Of a stretch of DNA of 38,875 nucleotides, positions 1-9,273 are shown piece after piece (positions within the stretch are counted from its first letter, which is position 1; each line of letters begins with the position of its first letter). This DNA is from Gammaproteobacteria bacterium (GTDB taxonomy: Bacteria; Pseudomonadota; Gammaproteobacteria; Immundisolibacterales; Immundisolibacteraceae): positions 1 through 38,875 of the forward strand of contig QNFC01000001.1 of the NCBI GenBank assembly GCA_003645395.1, in the 5' to 3' direction. The position numbers were made by a program, and so were the translations under genes. The notes beneath the pieces are model-generated. The model was not told the origin of the DNA, did no database searches, and saw only the letters and a list, made by a program, of their open reading frames with translations.

Positions 1-832
1 GCCAGGTCAATGATTTCACCCTCGTGAGAAACACCCTCGCCATAGAGAATTTCAAACTCGGCAGTTTTAAACGGCGGCGCCACCTTGTTTTTCACCACCT
101 TAACGCGGGTTTCATTGCCGATAATTTCATCACCCTTCTTGATGGCACCGATGCGGCGAATATCGAGCCGCACTGATGAGTAGAATTTCAGTGCATTGCC
201 GCCAGTGGTGGTTTCAGGGCTACCAAACATCACACCGATTTTCATGCGAATCTGGTTAATAAAAATAACCATGGTATTAGAACGACTGATACTGCCGGTG
301 AGCTTTCTCAATGCCTGGGACATCAGGCGGGCCTGCAGGCCAACATGGGTGTCGCCCATGTCACCCTCAAGTTCCGCGCGCGGCGTCAGCGCGGCCACTG
401 AGTCAATGACCACCAGATCAAGTGCTGCGGAGCGCACCAACATGTCGGTAATCTCCAGTGCCTGCTCACCGGTATCCGGCTGTGAGACCAGCAATTCATC
501 GAGGTTAACGCCCAACTTACCGGCGTATTCGGGATCAAGGGCGTGCTCGGCATCAATAAACGCGGCGGAACCACCACCGGCCTGCGCCTGCGCGATCACC
601 TGTAGAGCAATGGTGGTTTTACCCGATGACTCTGGACCGTAGATTTCCACGACTCTGCCTCTTGGTAACCCACCAATACCAAGAGCAATATCAAGATTTA
701 AGGAGCCGGTCGAGATCACCCCAATATCGCGCATCGCGCCTTCTTCGCCAAGCCGCATCACCGAGCCCTTGCCAAACTGCTTGTCAATCTGCGACAGGGC
801 AGCTTCCAGCGCACGTTGTTTGTTATTGTCCA
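1..832 (-). CDS. recA: Recombinase RecA, N-terminal ~277 codons. The 3' end lies beyond the left window edge.
   Basis: It is absent from the ORF track because no stop falls inside the window. Manual reverse translation from the ATG at 832 (GGAG 6 nt upstream) gives [30 protein letters not shown]..., with Walker [10 protein letters not shown] and ...[37 protein letters not shown]. The frame stays open to position 1. Confidence 0.95.
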
Positions 833-1032
833 TTTTCGACTCCAGCGAATAAATTATAGATTAATGGGTAATGATCGCCCATGGATATGCAGCGCAGTAA
901 CCCTCAGCGCTGCGCCAAGGTCGCCAATTTTTTTATCCTTTTACCTTGCGGGCATTGGCCGATAATTATCCCATAAGGCAGAAACGAACGGCTAGCGGAT
1001 CGGCACTGATAGACAAATCAAACCTGATATGG

Positions 1033-1545
1033 CTATCCTAAAAAAAGAATCTGTGGAACCTGCCCGGTCACCCACAGCAAAACTCGCAGCAGCAATCCGG
1101 CGAATAGTCCCGCCAGCAAGTCATCAACCATGATGCCGAGCCCGCCTTTAACGGTACGATCGCACCAGCTGATCGGCCAGGGCTTGAGGATATCGAACAA
1201 CCGGAACAACAGGAACCCACCGACAACTGCAGAAAATGTCAGCGGTAGCGCGTAGAGGGTGACCCACAGGCCAACCATTTCGTCCCACACTACGCAGCCG
1301 GGGTCTTCCAGGCCCATCGACCGACTGGCATGCCCGCAAATCAGCACCCCGGCCAGTACCGCGACTAGCAACAGTGAGCTTGCCCACGGCAGCGTCATCA
1401 ATCCAAACAGGGGCAAAAAAGGTATTCCTGCCAGCGTCCCAAAAGTCCCCGGCGCACGTCGAGCAAGCCCGGAACCAAACCCCAATGCCAGCAGGTTGAT
1501 CGGATCACGACAAAACGGCATCAGGTCGTGTCGAATCAGCGGCAT
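1033..1545 (-). CDS. pgpA: Phosphatidylglycerophosphatase A
   Basis: 170-aa hydrophobic ORF with a PgpA-like N-terminus (INLLALGFGSGLARRAPGTFGTLAGIPF). It sits in the conserved thiL-pgpA position. The true start may be the internal M9. Confidence 0.85.
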   Translation of the reverse strand: MPLIRHDLMPFCRDPINLLALGFGSGLARRAPGTFGTLAGIPFLPLFGLMTLPWASSLLLVAVLAGVLICGHASRSMGLEDPGCVVWDEMVGLWVTLYALPLTFSAVVGGFLLFRLFDILKPWPISWCDRTVKGGLGIMVDDLLAGLFAGLLLRVLLWVTGQVPQILFLG

Positions 1546-1572
1546 AAACGGCTCACATTATTTTGGTAGTAG

Positions 1573-2553
1573 TTAAGAAAAATGGTCATACCCTCCGGTA
1601 TTTACAAACGGCACTGGTTGACCGGCCAGATCAACTAACTGGAGGCCCTTCTCGGCAGTAATCACGCCAATCTCGGTAATCCCATTACAAACACTCCAGT
1701 CGCGGCCGAGCATTTCATCGCCATCTTTTTCGGGTATCGTAAAACAGAGTTCATAATCGTCGCCACCGGCAAGAGCTATCTGCCAACCGGTTTGGGCGTC
1801 AACACCCCCTGCACTCAAACAGGCAAGAAACCTTTCTGACCTGGGAATCCGGTCTCGCACCACCCTGGCCCCCACCCCGCTGGCGGTCAGGATATGCCCC
1901 AAATCAGCAATTAGACCGTCCGAAACATCGATGGCGCTACTGGCTTTTGAGCGCAGCAAGGTTCCTGCCGCAATCCGTGGAGTCGGAAAATCCAGGCGCT
2001 CACGGAAGTCTGCTTTTAAATCTTCTCGGCCACAACCGCCATCGCTCAGAGCGTGTAGCGCTAACGCGGCGTCGCCCAGTTTGCCTGTGACAAAAATTCG
2101 ATCCCCCGATCGCGCACCACCACGGGTCAAGGCCGCACCAGCCGGTACATGACCAATAATCTGCACGGTAATGGTCAGTGGCCCACGGGTGGTATCACCG
2201 CCCACCAGAGCCACATTAAACTGTTCGGCTAACGACGAGAAGCCGGCCATAAAGCCAGTCAGCCACTGCGGGGCTTGCTCTGGCAACGTGAGGGCAAGCA
2301 GCGCCCAGGCCGGCGTCGCCCCCATTGCCGCCAGGTCACTCAGATTAACCGCCAACGCCTTGTAGCCAATTGCCTCTGCAGTGGTGTCTAGCGGAAAATG
2401 CACACCGGCCACCAGGGTATCGGTTGCGACCACCATCTGCTGACCGGCCGGCGGCTGCAAAATGGCCGCATCATCGCCAATACCGACCACAACATCTGCG
2501 CGGGGTGTCGTTGCGGCGGTGAAGTAACGATCAATCAGACGAAATTCGGACAT
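1573..2553 (-). CDS. thiL: Thiamine-monophosphate kinase
   Basis: 326 aa. N-terminus MSEFRLIDRYF...GIGDDAAIL and the AIR-synthase-like fold motifs (ATDTLVAGVHF, GGDD) match ThiL. Conserved nusB-thiL-pgpA order. Confidence 0.9.
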   Translation of the reverse strand: MSEFRLIDRYFTAATTPRADVVVGIGDDAAILQPPAGQQMVVATDTLVAGVHFPLDTTAEAIGYKALAVNLSDLAAMGATPAWALLALTLPEQAPQWLTGFMAGFSSLAEQFNVALVGGDTTRGPLTITVQIIGHVPAGAALTRGGARSGDRIFVTGKLGDAALALHALSDGGCGREDLKADFRERLDFPTPRIAAGTLLRSKASSAIDVSDGLIADLGHILTASGVGARVVRDRIPRSERFLACLSAGGVDAQTGWQIALAGGDDYELCFTIPEKDGDEMLGRDWSVCNGITEIGVITAEKGLQLVDLAGQPVPFVNTGGYDHFS

Positions 2554-2594
2554 CGGGATAGCCGAAAAATGGAGAAGGAATAACGCGATTCTGT

Positions 2595-3014
2595 CTAGCT
2601 TTTTTCCACTGACCGCACTGTAGCAGCCATTTTATCGAGTACCGCGTTAACAAACTTATAGCCATCCTCGCCGCCAAACAGGCGGGCCTGATCGACGGCT
2701 TCGTTAATCACCACCCGATAGGGTATTTCCAGGTGCCGCTGCAACTCCTGCGCGCCAAACCAGAGCACCGACCGCTCCACCGGATCAAGTTCATCAAAGG
2801 GTCGATCAAGGTAGGGAGTCAATTCAGCACTGAGTTCTTCAGACCGCTCACACACCTCGGTAAACAACTCCAGAAAATAATCACGATCGGCTCGACCGAG
2901 CCCACGATCTTCCTGAAATTGGCGCACGACCTCGGCCGGCGAGTCACCGCCGATCTGCCACTGGTAAAGCGCTTGCAATACGCATCGCCGCGCAAGACTA
3001 CGCGACCCACTCAC
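2595..3014 (-). CDS. nusB: Transcription antitermination factor NusB
   Basis: 139 aa. RRCVLQALYQWQI..., ...NEAVDQARLFGGEDGYKFVNAVLDK is typical NusB. It follows ribH as in most bacteria. Confidence 0.92.
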   Translation of the reverse strand: MSGSRSLARRCVLQALYQWQIGGDSPAEVVRQFQEDRGLGRADRDYFLELFTEVCERSEELSAELTPYLDRPFDELDPVERSVLWFGAQELQRHLEIPYRVVINEAVDQARLFGGEDGYKFVNAVLDKMAATVRSVEKS

Positions 3015-3056
3015 AAGGTCAGCGCCGAAGCTACCGGATCATTCTTTATCAACAAC

Positions 3057-3533
3057 TCAGGCATCAATTTTAGCGAGCAGATTGACCATCTCGATCGCAG
3101 TTAACGCTGCATCCACGCCCTTATTACCTGCTTTGGTGCCGGCGCGTTCAATCGCCTGTTCGATCGTATCAACGGTTAACAGGCCAAACGCCACCGGCAA
3201 CCCGGTTTTCTGACCAACGGCGGATATACCTTTGCTGGTCTCGCTGCACACGTAGTCGAAATGCGGCGTCGCACCACGGATCACGCAACCCAACGCCAGC
3301 ACCGCATCGACTCTGCCGGAAGCAGCCAGGCGATCACAGGCCAGTGGAATTTCAAATGCACCCGGTACTTTGGCTACGGTGATATCGGTCGCCTGGGCGC
3401 CGTGGCGAACCAGCGTATCGATCGCCGCACTTTGCAGACGCTCGGTAATGAAATCATTAAACCGACTAACCACGATGCCAAAGCGTAACCCCGATACACG
3501 CAGGTCACCTTCTAGAAAATTAACCCCTTGCAT
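3057..3533 (-). CDS. ribH: 6,7-dimethyl-8-ribityllumazine synthase
   Basis: 158 aa. [17 protein letters not shown]...[10 protein letters not shown]...[14 protein letters not shown] is the canonical lumazine synthase signature. Confidence 0.92.
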   Translation of the reverse strand: MQGVNFLEGDLRVSGLRFGIVVSRFNDFITERLQSAAIDTLVRHGAQATDITVAKVPGAFEIPLACDRLAASGRVDAVLALGCVIRGATPHFDYVCSETSKGISAVGQKTGLPVAFGLLTVDTIEQAIERAGTKAGNKGVDAALTAIEMVNLLAKIDA

Positions 3534-4728
3534 TGCTCACCTCGTTATTCATATTTTTATTCAAACCGGGTGTCTGGTCTTGTTCGCTACTGGTTGACTC
3601 GTCCAGCGGCACCCAGTCCACCAACTCCAGACCATACCCACCCAAACTATGTAGCCGACGCGGTGACCCCATGATGCGCATTTTACCTACACCCAGGTGG
3701 TTCAAGATTTGTGCGCCAATACCGTAACGGCGCAGTTCCGGATTTTCGCTGCCGTCATCAGGACGGGGCACGCCCATCTGGTTCATTTTGTACTGACGCA
3801 CCTCACGCGCCAACTCCTGTCCTTCTTCGTAGGGGTTCAAAATAACCAACACCCCCTTCCCCGCTGCGGCAATTTTCGCCAACGCAGTATCAACAGACCA
3901 ATGTCCAGCCGCGCGTTCACCGATCATGTCCTGCAGCGCGCTAATTACATGTACTCGAATCAGTGTTGGCTCACCCTGGGCAATGTCCCCTTTTATTAAC
4001 GCCATGTGCACGGCGTCATCGACGGGATCATGATAGGCACGTAACGTGAATTCACCGTGGCGGGTCTGAAATGGGGTCTCCGCACACTGCTCCACCGATT
4101 TTTCTTCATTAATACGGTATTTGATCAGGTCGGCGATGGTGCCCATTTTCAGGCTATGCTTTTTGGCATAAGGCACAAGATCGGGATAACGGGCCATGGT
4201 GCCGTCGTCATTGAGAATTTCAACGATCACCGCCGCCGGCTCAAACCCCGCCAACCGCGCCAGATCACACCCCGCTTCGGTGTGGCCCGCCCGGGCCAAT
4301 ACGCCGCCGGGCTGGGCTTTCAACGGAAATATATGTCCCGGCTGGACGATATCTGTTGGCCTGGCATCCAACTTGACCGCCGCTTCCACTGTGGCAGCCC
4401 GGTCAGCGGCAGAAATGCCGGTAGTGACACCCTCAGCCGCTTCGATAGAAACAGTAAAGTTGGTTGAATTTTTATCGTTGTTGTCGGCCACCATCAATGG
4501 CAAATGCAACTGTTCACAACGGTCAGGGCTCAGGGTCAGGCAGATCAGCCCGCGCCCGTAGCTGGCCATAAAATTGATGGCGTCAGCAGTTACTGCGCTT
4601 CCCGCCATGATTAGATCGCCCTCGTTCTCGCGATCTTCGTCATCGAGCATAATCACCATCCGCCCCTGGCGGATCTCCTCAATGATCTCCTCGGTACTGC
4701 TGAAATTACTCAATTCAGTATTACTCAT
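3520..4728 (-). CDS. ribB: 3,4-dihydroxy-2-butanone-4-phosphate synthase fused to a degenerate GTP-cyclohydrolase-II-like domain (RibBX type)
   Basis: 402 aa. The N-terminal half carries the DHBP synthase motifs ([47 protein letters not shown]). The C-terminal half aligns to RibA, but the zinc-ligand cysteine region reads [22 protein letters not shown] with no Cys. It overlaps ribE by 4 nt (ATGA) and ribH by 14 nt. Confidence 0.88.
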   Translation of the reverse strand: MSNTELSNFSSTEEIIEEIRQGRMVIMLDDEDRENEGDLIMAGSAVTADAINFMASYGRGLICLTLSPDRCEQLHLPLMVADNNDKNSTNFTVSIEAAEGVTTGISAADRAATVEAAVKLDARPTDIVQPGHIFPLKAQPGGVLARAGHTEAGCDLARLAGFEPAAVIVEILNDDGTMARYPDLVPYAKKHSLKMGTIADLIKYRINEEKSVEQCAETPFQTRHGEFTLRAYHDPVDDAVHMALIKGDIAQGEPTLIRVHVISALQDMIGERAAGHWSVDTALAKIAAAGKGVLVILNPYEEGQELAREVRQYKMNQMGVPRPDDGSENPELRRYGIGAQILNHLGVGKMRIMGSPRRLHSLGGYGLELVDWVPLDESTSSEQDQTPGLNKNMNNEVSNARG

Positions 4729-5375
4729 AACATTCCGTTATCACGTAGCAGGTCAATGGTCACCGTCGCATTGTCCACAATAGCTGTTCCCGTCATTAAT
4801 CGCTCCAGGTAGCGTGCGATCAAATCCACTTCCAGATTAACCGCCCGGCCTGTCTGGTATTCGCCGATTATTGTCCGCTCCATCGTGTGCGGAATGATAT
4901 TAACCGAAAAGCCCTGATCAGAAATTGTGTTAACGGTCAGGCTGGTGCCATCAATGGTGATCGATCCTTTTGCGGCGATATAACGCAATAGCGCTTTAGG
5001 CACCTGAAAATCAAACCGGGTCGAGCGGCCATCCGGGCGTATCGCTGTCACTTTACCCAGCCCGTCAACGTGACCGCTGACCAGATGACCGCCGAGGGGC
5101 TGATTCAGAGTTAATGCTCGCTCAAGATTAACCGCTGCGCCGGCCGTCAAATCACCCAGACTGGTACAGCTTAGCGTTTCGGTGGAAACATCGGCTGCAA
5201 AGCTATCTTCATTGATTTCAACTAGCGTCAGACAGACACCATTCACCGCTACACTTTCACCAAGCTCCATACTCTCTAGCGGCAACCCACTGGCCTGAAT
5301 CAGCAGCCGCCGGTCCCCTCCCCGGCTATCGCTACGCTGCAGCTGGCCGACCTCTCCGATAATTCCTGTGAACAT
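4725..5375 (-). CDS. ribE: Riboflavin synthase (alpha chain)
   Basis: 216 aa. MFTGIIGEVG...VNGVCLTL...GHLVSGHVDG shows the duplicated lumazine-binding repeat typical of riboflavin synthase. Confidence 0.9.
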   Translation of the reverse strand: MFTGIIGEVGQLQRSDSRGGDRRLLIQASGLPLESMELGESVAVNGVCLTLVEINEDSFAADVSTETLSCTSLGDLTAGAAVNLERALTLNQPLGGHLVSGHVDGLGKVTAIRPDGRSTRFDFQVPKALLRYIAAKGSITIDGTSLTVNTISDQGFSVNIIPHTMERTIIGEYQTGRAVNLEVDLIARYLERLMTGTAIVDNATVTIDLLRDNGML

Positions 5376-5423
5376 ATTATTTAAGTTACCTGATCTAAAC
5401 TCAATTGTGTCGGCAATGCCCGG

Positions 5424-6527
5424 TCAGTGAAGATGAGTTCTGTTTTGCTGGGGCCGATAGGTCAATCGAACATCCCCACCAAACCGACAAACATCGACTA
5501 ATTCCAGCTCAGTGCGCTGTGACATATCCGTCAACCCGGTCATTCGCAACAATGGCTGAGCACCCTCTCCCAACAATACTGGCGCGACATAGACAATTAA
5601 CTCATCCACCAGTCCGGCTTGCAAAAAACTGGTCGCCAGGCGACAACCTGCTTCAACCCAGACCTCATTCACTTCCTGTTTTACCAGCCTCTTTAACAGG
5701 GCCGAAAGATCTAGCCCCGCTTCGGTTACCGGTAGCTGCTCGACCACTACCCGCGAAATACCAAGTCCTGTCGCTACAGGCCCCGTGCACTGCATTATCG
5801 GCCCGGGTTGCTGAAGTAACTGACACCCCAGCGGCATTTTACCGTGAGAATCCAGCACCACCCGCAAAGGCGTCGCCGTCGGCTCATCTAGTCTGACGGT
5901 CAGCTTTGGGTCATCCACCAGCACAGTGCCAATGCCAGTAACAATCGCACCACTGCGCGCACGCCAGCGATGCACGTCTTCGCGAGCCGCCTCACCCGTT
6001 ATCCAACGGCTATCACCGTTTGCCAGCGCGGTGCCGCCGTCAAGGCTGCTAGCTAATTTCACCCGTACCCAGGGCTGGCCGGTTTGCATGCGTTTATTAA
6101 ATCCAGGGTTTAACGTCTCCGCTTTACCCTGCGTGTCAAAAAAATCCACTTGCACCCCTGCCGCCACAAGCGTTGCAATCCCACTACCTGAAACCTGAGG
6201 ATTGGGATCTTCCATCGCATAAACCACCCGTGACACCCCGGCAGCAATTAATGCTTCGCTACAGGGCGGGGTGCGGCCATGATGATTGCAGGGCTCTAAC
6301 GTCACGTAGGCGGTGGAACCCATCGCTTTGCTGCCCGCTACGGCCAGAGCATTGATTTCTGCATGGTTTTCGCCGCTGCGTACGTGAAACCCTTCACCAA
6401 CCATCGCTCCACCGACAGCCAGCACACAGCCAACAACCGGGTTGGGCTGAGCAGTAAACCGACCCTTCTCTGCCAGCTCCAGAGCCCGGGTCATAAACTG
6501 CCGATCCAGCGGTGCTGATTCTCTCAC
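5424..6527 (-). CDS. ribD: Bifunctional riboflavin biosynthesis protein RibD (pyrimidine deaminase/uracil reductase)
   Basis: 367 aa. Cytidine-deaminase zinc motif HAEINAL...[14 protein letters not shown], followed by the RibD_C reductase half. The GTG start overlaps the nrdR stop (GTGA). An alternative ATG lies at 6494. Confidence 0.9.
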   Translation of the reverse strand: MRESAPLDRQFMTRALELAEKGRFTAQPNPVVGCVLAVGGAMVGEGFHVRSGENHAEINALAVAGSKAMGSTAYVTLEPCNHHGRTPPCSEALIAAGVSRVVYAMEDPNPQVSGSGIATLVAAGVQVDFFDTQGKAETLNPGFNKRMQTGQPWVRVKLASSLDGGTALANGDSRWITGEAAREDVHRWRARSGAIVTGIGTVLVDDPKLTVRLDEPTATPLRVVLDSHGKMPLGCQLLQQPGPIMQCTGPVATGLGISRVVVEQLPVTEAGLDLSALLKRLVKQEVNEVWVEAGCRLATSFLQAGLVDELIVYVAPVLLGEGAQPLLRMTGLTDMSQRTELELVDVCRFGGDVRLTYRPQQNRTHLH

Positions 6528-7006
6528 TTGGAAGGCACCGATTCCGATGCCTCGTCCGGCACGCGAAGCTTGTCTATCTCCTCGCGAAAAGCATCGACGT
6601 CTTCAAAACGGCGGTAAACCGATGCAAAACGAACATACGCAACCTCGTCGGTCTGACGTAGCTCATCCATCACCCACTGACCAAGTTGGGCGGTTGGGCA
6701 CTCGCGCTCTTCCCAGGCTTGTAGACGACGGATCAGTCGGGCCAGCAGTTCATCCCGCTGCTCTGTCGATACCGGTCGCTTTTCCAACGCACGGTCGATT
6801 CCTGCACGCAGTTTTGCCCCCTTAAATTCATCCCGGCTGCCATCACTTTTGACCAGCCTGGGCATCGCAAGCTCTGCCTGCTCGTAGGTGGTAAAGCGAC
6901 TGTTACATCCGGTGCACTGACGCCGGCGGCGCACCCGATCACCCTCACCAAACAAGCGAGAGTCGATAACCCGGGTGTCGTCGACGTGGCAAAACGGACA
7001 GCGCAT
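6524..7006 (-). CDS. nrdR: Transcriptional repressor NrdR
   Basis: 160 aa. [17 protein letters not shown]...[12 protein letters not shown] zinc ribbon plus ATP-cone. Conserved nrdR-ribD linkage. Confidence 0.95.
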   Translation of the reverse strand: MRCPFCHVDDTRVIDSRLFGEGDRVRRRRQCTGCNSRFTTYEQAELAMPRLVKSDGSRDEFKGAKLRAGIDRALEKRPVSTEQRDELLARLIRRLQAWEERECPTAQLGQWVMDELRQTDEVAYVRFASVYRRFEDVDAFREEIDKLRVPDEASESVPSK

Positions 7007-7019
7007 CAGATAGCTCTAT

Positions 7020-8276
7020 CTACTGTTGATATACAGGGAAATTATTACAAACAGCCAGCACCTGCTGCTTAACGCGGGCTTCCACTTCTGCGTCGCCCAA
7101 GTTATCAATAATGTCGCAAATCCAGCCTGCCAGATCACGGGCCTCGGTTTCGCCAAAGCCACGTGTCGTCATTGCAGGGGAACCGATGCGGATACCACTG
7201 GTAACGAAAGGCGACTGCGGATCATTAGGCACAGAGTTTTTATTAACGGTGATATTGGCTTTGCCCAGTGCCGCTTCAATATCTTTGCCAGTCAGTCCCT
7301 GAGCAATGAAATCGACCAGCATCAGGTGATTGTCAGTACCGCCAGACACCACTTTGTAGCCCCGTGCAACCATCACTTCGGCCATCGCCTGAGCGTTACT
7401 TATCACGGCTTGCTGGTAAGTTTTAAAACCGGGCTCCAGCGCCTCTTTAAAAGCCACTGCCTTAGCGGCGATCACGTGCATCAACGGACCGCCCTGGCTA
7501 CCGGGAAATACTGCTGAATTAAGTTTTTTTTCAATCTCAGCATTAGCCTTCGCCAGAATCAGCCCGCCGCGAGGACCACGCAGCGTTTTATGAGTGGTGG
7601 AGGTGGTGACATCGGCAATACCCACCGGATTTGGATAAAGCCCTGCCGCCACCAGCCCCGCCACGTGAGCCATATCGACGAACAGATACGCACCGACTTT
7701 ATCCGCAATATCGCGAGATCGCTGCCAGTCCATAACTCTTGAATAAGCGCTGAAGCCGGCAACAATCATCTTTGGCTGATGTTCAATAGCCAGCGCCTCA
7801 ATGACGTCGTAATCGAGCTCTCCGGTGGCTTCGTCGATGCCGTATTGAATCGAGTTGTAGAGCTTGCCGGATGAGCTCACCTTAGCACCGTGGGTAAGAT
7901 GGCCGCCGTGGGCGAGACTCATACCAAGAATCGTATCGCCGGCCTGTAACAGCGCGAGGTAAACAGCCGAATTGGCCTGCGAACCAGAATGGGGCTGAAC
8001 ATTGGCATAATCGGCACCAAAGAGGTTTTTTACCCGCTCAATTGCCAGCTGCTCAGCAACGTCCACATGCTCACAACCACCGTAATAGCGCTTACCCGGA
8101 TATCCCTCGGCGTATTTATTGGTGAGTAGTGTCCCTTGCGCCTCCATCACCCGCGGGCTGGTGTAATTTTCCGATGCGATTAGCTCAATATGCTCTTCCT
8201 GGCGTACGGTTTCAGCCTCGATGGCCTGCCACAATTCTGCATCGTAATCACGAATGCACATCTGTTTATTAAACAT
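7020..8276 (-). CDS. glyA: Serine hydroxymethyltransferase
   Basis: The ORF track extends to 8360. The likely start is the ATG at 8276 ([16 protein letters not shown]...), preceded by AAGGAAG 8 nt upstream. PLP site [15 protein letters not shown]. Confidence 0.95.
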   Translation of the reverse strand: MFNKQMCIRDYDAELWQAIEAETVRQEEHIELIASENYTSPRVMEAQGTLLTNKYAEGYPGKRYYGGCEHVDVAEQLAIERVKNLFGADYANVQPHSGSQANSAVYLALLQAGDTILGMSLAHGGHLTHGAKVSSSGKLYNSIQYGIDEATGELDYDVIEALAIEHQPKMIVAGFSAYSRVMDWQRSRDIADKVGAYLFVDMAHVAGLVAAGLYPNPVGIADVTTSTTHKTLRGPRGGLILAKANAEIEKKLNSAVFPGSQGGPLMHVIAAKAVAFKEALEPGFKTYQQAVISNAQAMAEVMVARGYKVVSGGTDNHLMLVDFIAQGLTGKDIEAALGKANITVNKNSVPNDPQSPFVTSGIRIGSPAMTTRGFGETEARDLAGWICDIIDNLGDAEVEARVKQQVLAVCNNFPVYQQ

Positions 8277-8419
8277 GGGACTAACTTCCTTTACGTGCTG
8301 ACCGAACGGCCAAACTAAATGGCGTGAAAAAACCGAGTATTCTAGCACCGGTAACAGCACCTTTATTCTGTTCTGCAGACTGTAACCTGCAGCGCCCTAC
8401 AGACGTGACGATTAGCACT

Positions 8420-9241
8420 ATGGCAAAGCAATCGAGAAAAACAACCACCGCGAACTCAGCCGATAAATTGCACCTTCTCAGCAACCGCGAGCTCGCCGAC
8501 GTATGCAAAAAAATCAGCCAGAAGAACAGCACATTACATGCCGATGGACCGGTAGCACCATCCACCTGGGCAATTAATGAAAGCCATGACACTGACGCCT
8601 TGCTGTTTGAAGAACTTTGTTACCACATGTTTGCAGCCGGGTTTTCGCGAAAAGTCGTGCGCGACAAATGGCCGGCGCACCAACAGGCATTTTTTCAGTT
8701 CGACCCGATAATAGTAGCGACAATGCCACTTGAAACGATCGAAAAACTCGTACTCGAGAAAGAACTGATCCGTAACCGCCGCAAACTGACCGCCGTAATC
8801 AAAAACGCACGCAAACTTGTAGAAATTAGCGCCGAACACGGCAGTTTTAGCCAGTGGCTAAACAGCTACGCAACACCCAACATTTATTTATTGCACCGCG
8901 AAATTGCTGATATTTTTGCCGGCGTGGGGCGTAGCGCTGCGGAGTGGTTTCTGCTCAGTAGCGGTTTTTCCTACTATTTCGCCACTGACGACGCTCGCCG
9001 GGTGTTGAAACGACTTGGGTTACTGCCAAAAGGCCGCAAGGATGAGAGCTTTGACGCGAGCATGCAGGCACTACAAACGGCCAGCGGCATGGCCAGCTGG
9101 GAAATTAGCATTGATCTATGGCGATTTGGCAGCGGTTTTAGAATGCGCGAAGCCGTTTGCGGCGACGCTGCGCCTAACTGTGCGAAATGCCCGTTATGGG
9201 ACTACTGCGATTTTTTTAATCAGGACTTAAACCAGCAGTAA
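8420..9241 (+). CDS. HhH-GPD superfamily DNA glycosylase. The N-terminal half is Tag (3-methyladenine glycosylase I)-like. The HhH is MutY/Nth-like and is followed by a 4Fe-4S cluster loop.
   Basis: Likely start is the ATG at 8420 (MAKQSRK...); the track ORF starts at 8324. LFEELCYHMFAAGFS...FFQFDPIIVATM...IRNRRKLTAVIKNARKL aligns by eye with E. coli Tag. FAGVGRSAAEWFLL...ATDDARRVLKRLGL resembles the MutY HhH plus catalytic Asp. The C-terminus CGDAAPNCAKCPLWDYC has exact C-X6-C-X2-C-X5-C spacing (9158-9208). Confidence 0.7.
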   Translation: MAKQSRKTTTANSADKLHLLSNRELADVCKKISQKNSTLHADGPVAPSTWAINESHDTDALLFEELCYHMFAAGFSRKVVRDKWPAHQQAFFQFDPIIVATMPLETIEKLVLEKELIRNRRKLTAVIKNARKLVEISAEHGSFSQWLNSYATPNIYLLHREIADIFAGVGRSAAEWFLLSSGFSYYFATDDARRVLKRLGLLPKGRKDESFDASMQALQTASGMASWEISIDLWRFGSGFRMREAVCGDAAPNCAKCPLWDYCDFFNQDLNQQ

Positions 9242-9259
9242 AAAAAGCCGTTGCGGCTT
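9240..9259 (-). terminator. Rho-independent terminator of the GGDEF-EAL gene
   Basis: The minus strand reads AAGCCG-CAA-CGGCTT, a 6-bp GC-rich stem with a 3-nt loop, followed by TTTTTTT. It lies 15 nt after the TAG at 9274-9276. On the plus strand the hairpin has no trailing U-run. Confidence 0.6.
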
Positions 9260-9273
9260 CTACCTAAATAGGA

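Noticed and set aside
196-642. 148-aa plus-strand ORF, and the overlapping 386-577 minus-strand ORF, at the left edge.
   Set aside because: They lie inside the recA coding sequence, antisense or out of frame. RecA translates cleanly in its own frame from 832 to position 1. These are shadow ORFs with low-complexity S/A/R/P composition.
833-1032. The expected LexA box and a pgpA terminator upstream of recA. I also noted a GCAGCGC-N11-GCGCTGC hairpin at about 889-913.
   Set aside because: I found no CTGT-N8-ACAG match on either strand. The hairpin has no U-run on the minus strand, so it is not a convincing intrinsic terminator. The only call left is a possible -10 element (TATAAT) about 22 nt upstream of the recA ATG on the minus strand, which is too weak to list.
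8373-8392. CTGCAG-N8-CTGCAG inverted repeat, with nearby CTGT/ACAG strings, between glyA and the glycosylase gene. I considered it as a LexA (SOS) box for a repair gene.
   Set aside because: The spacing does not fit the gammaproteobacterial CTGT-N8-ACAG (CTG-N10-CAG) consensus in any register. The 6-bp arms are just two PstI-type palindromes, and I cannot assign a regulator.
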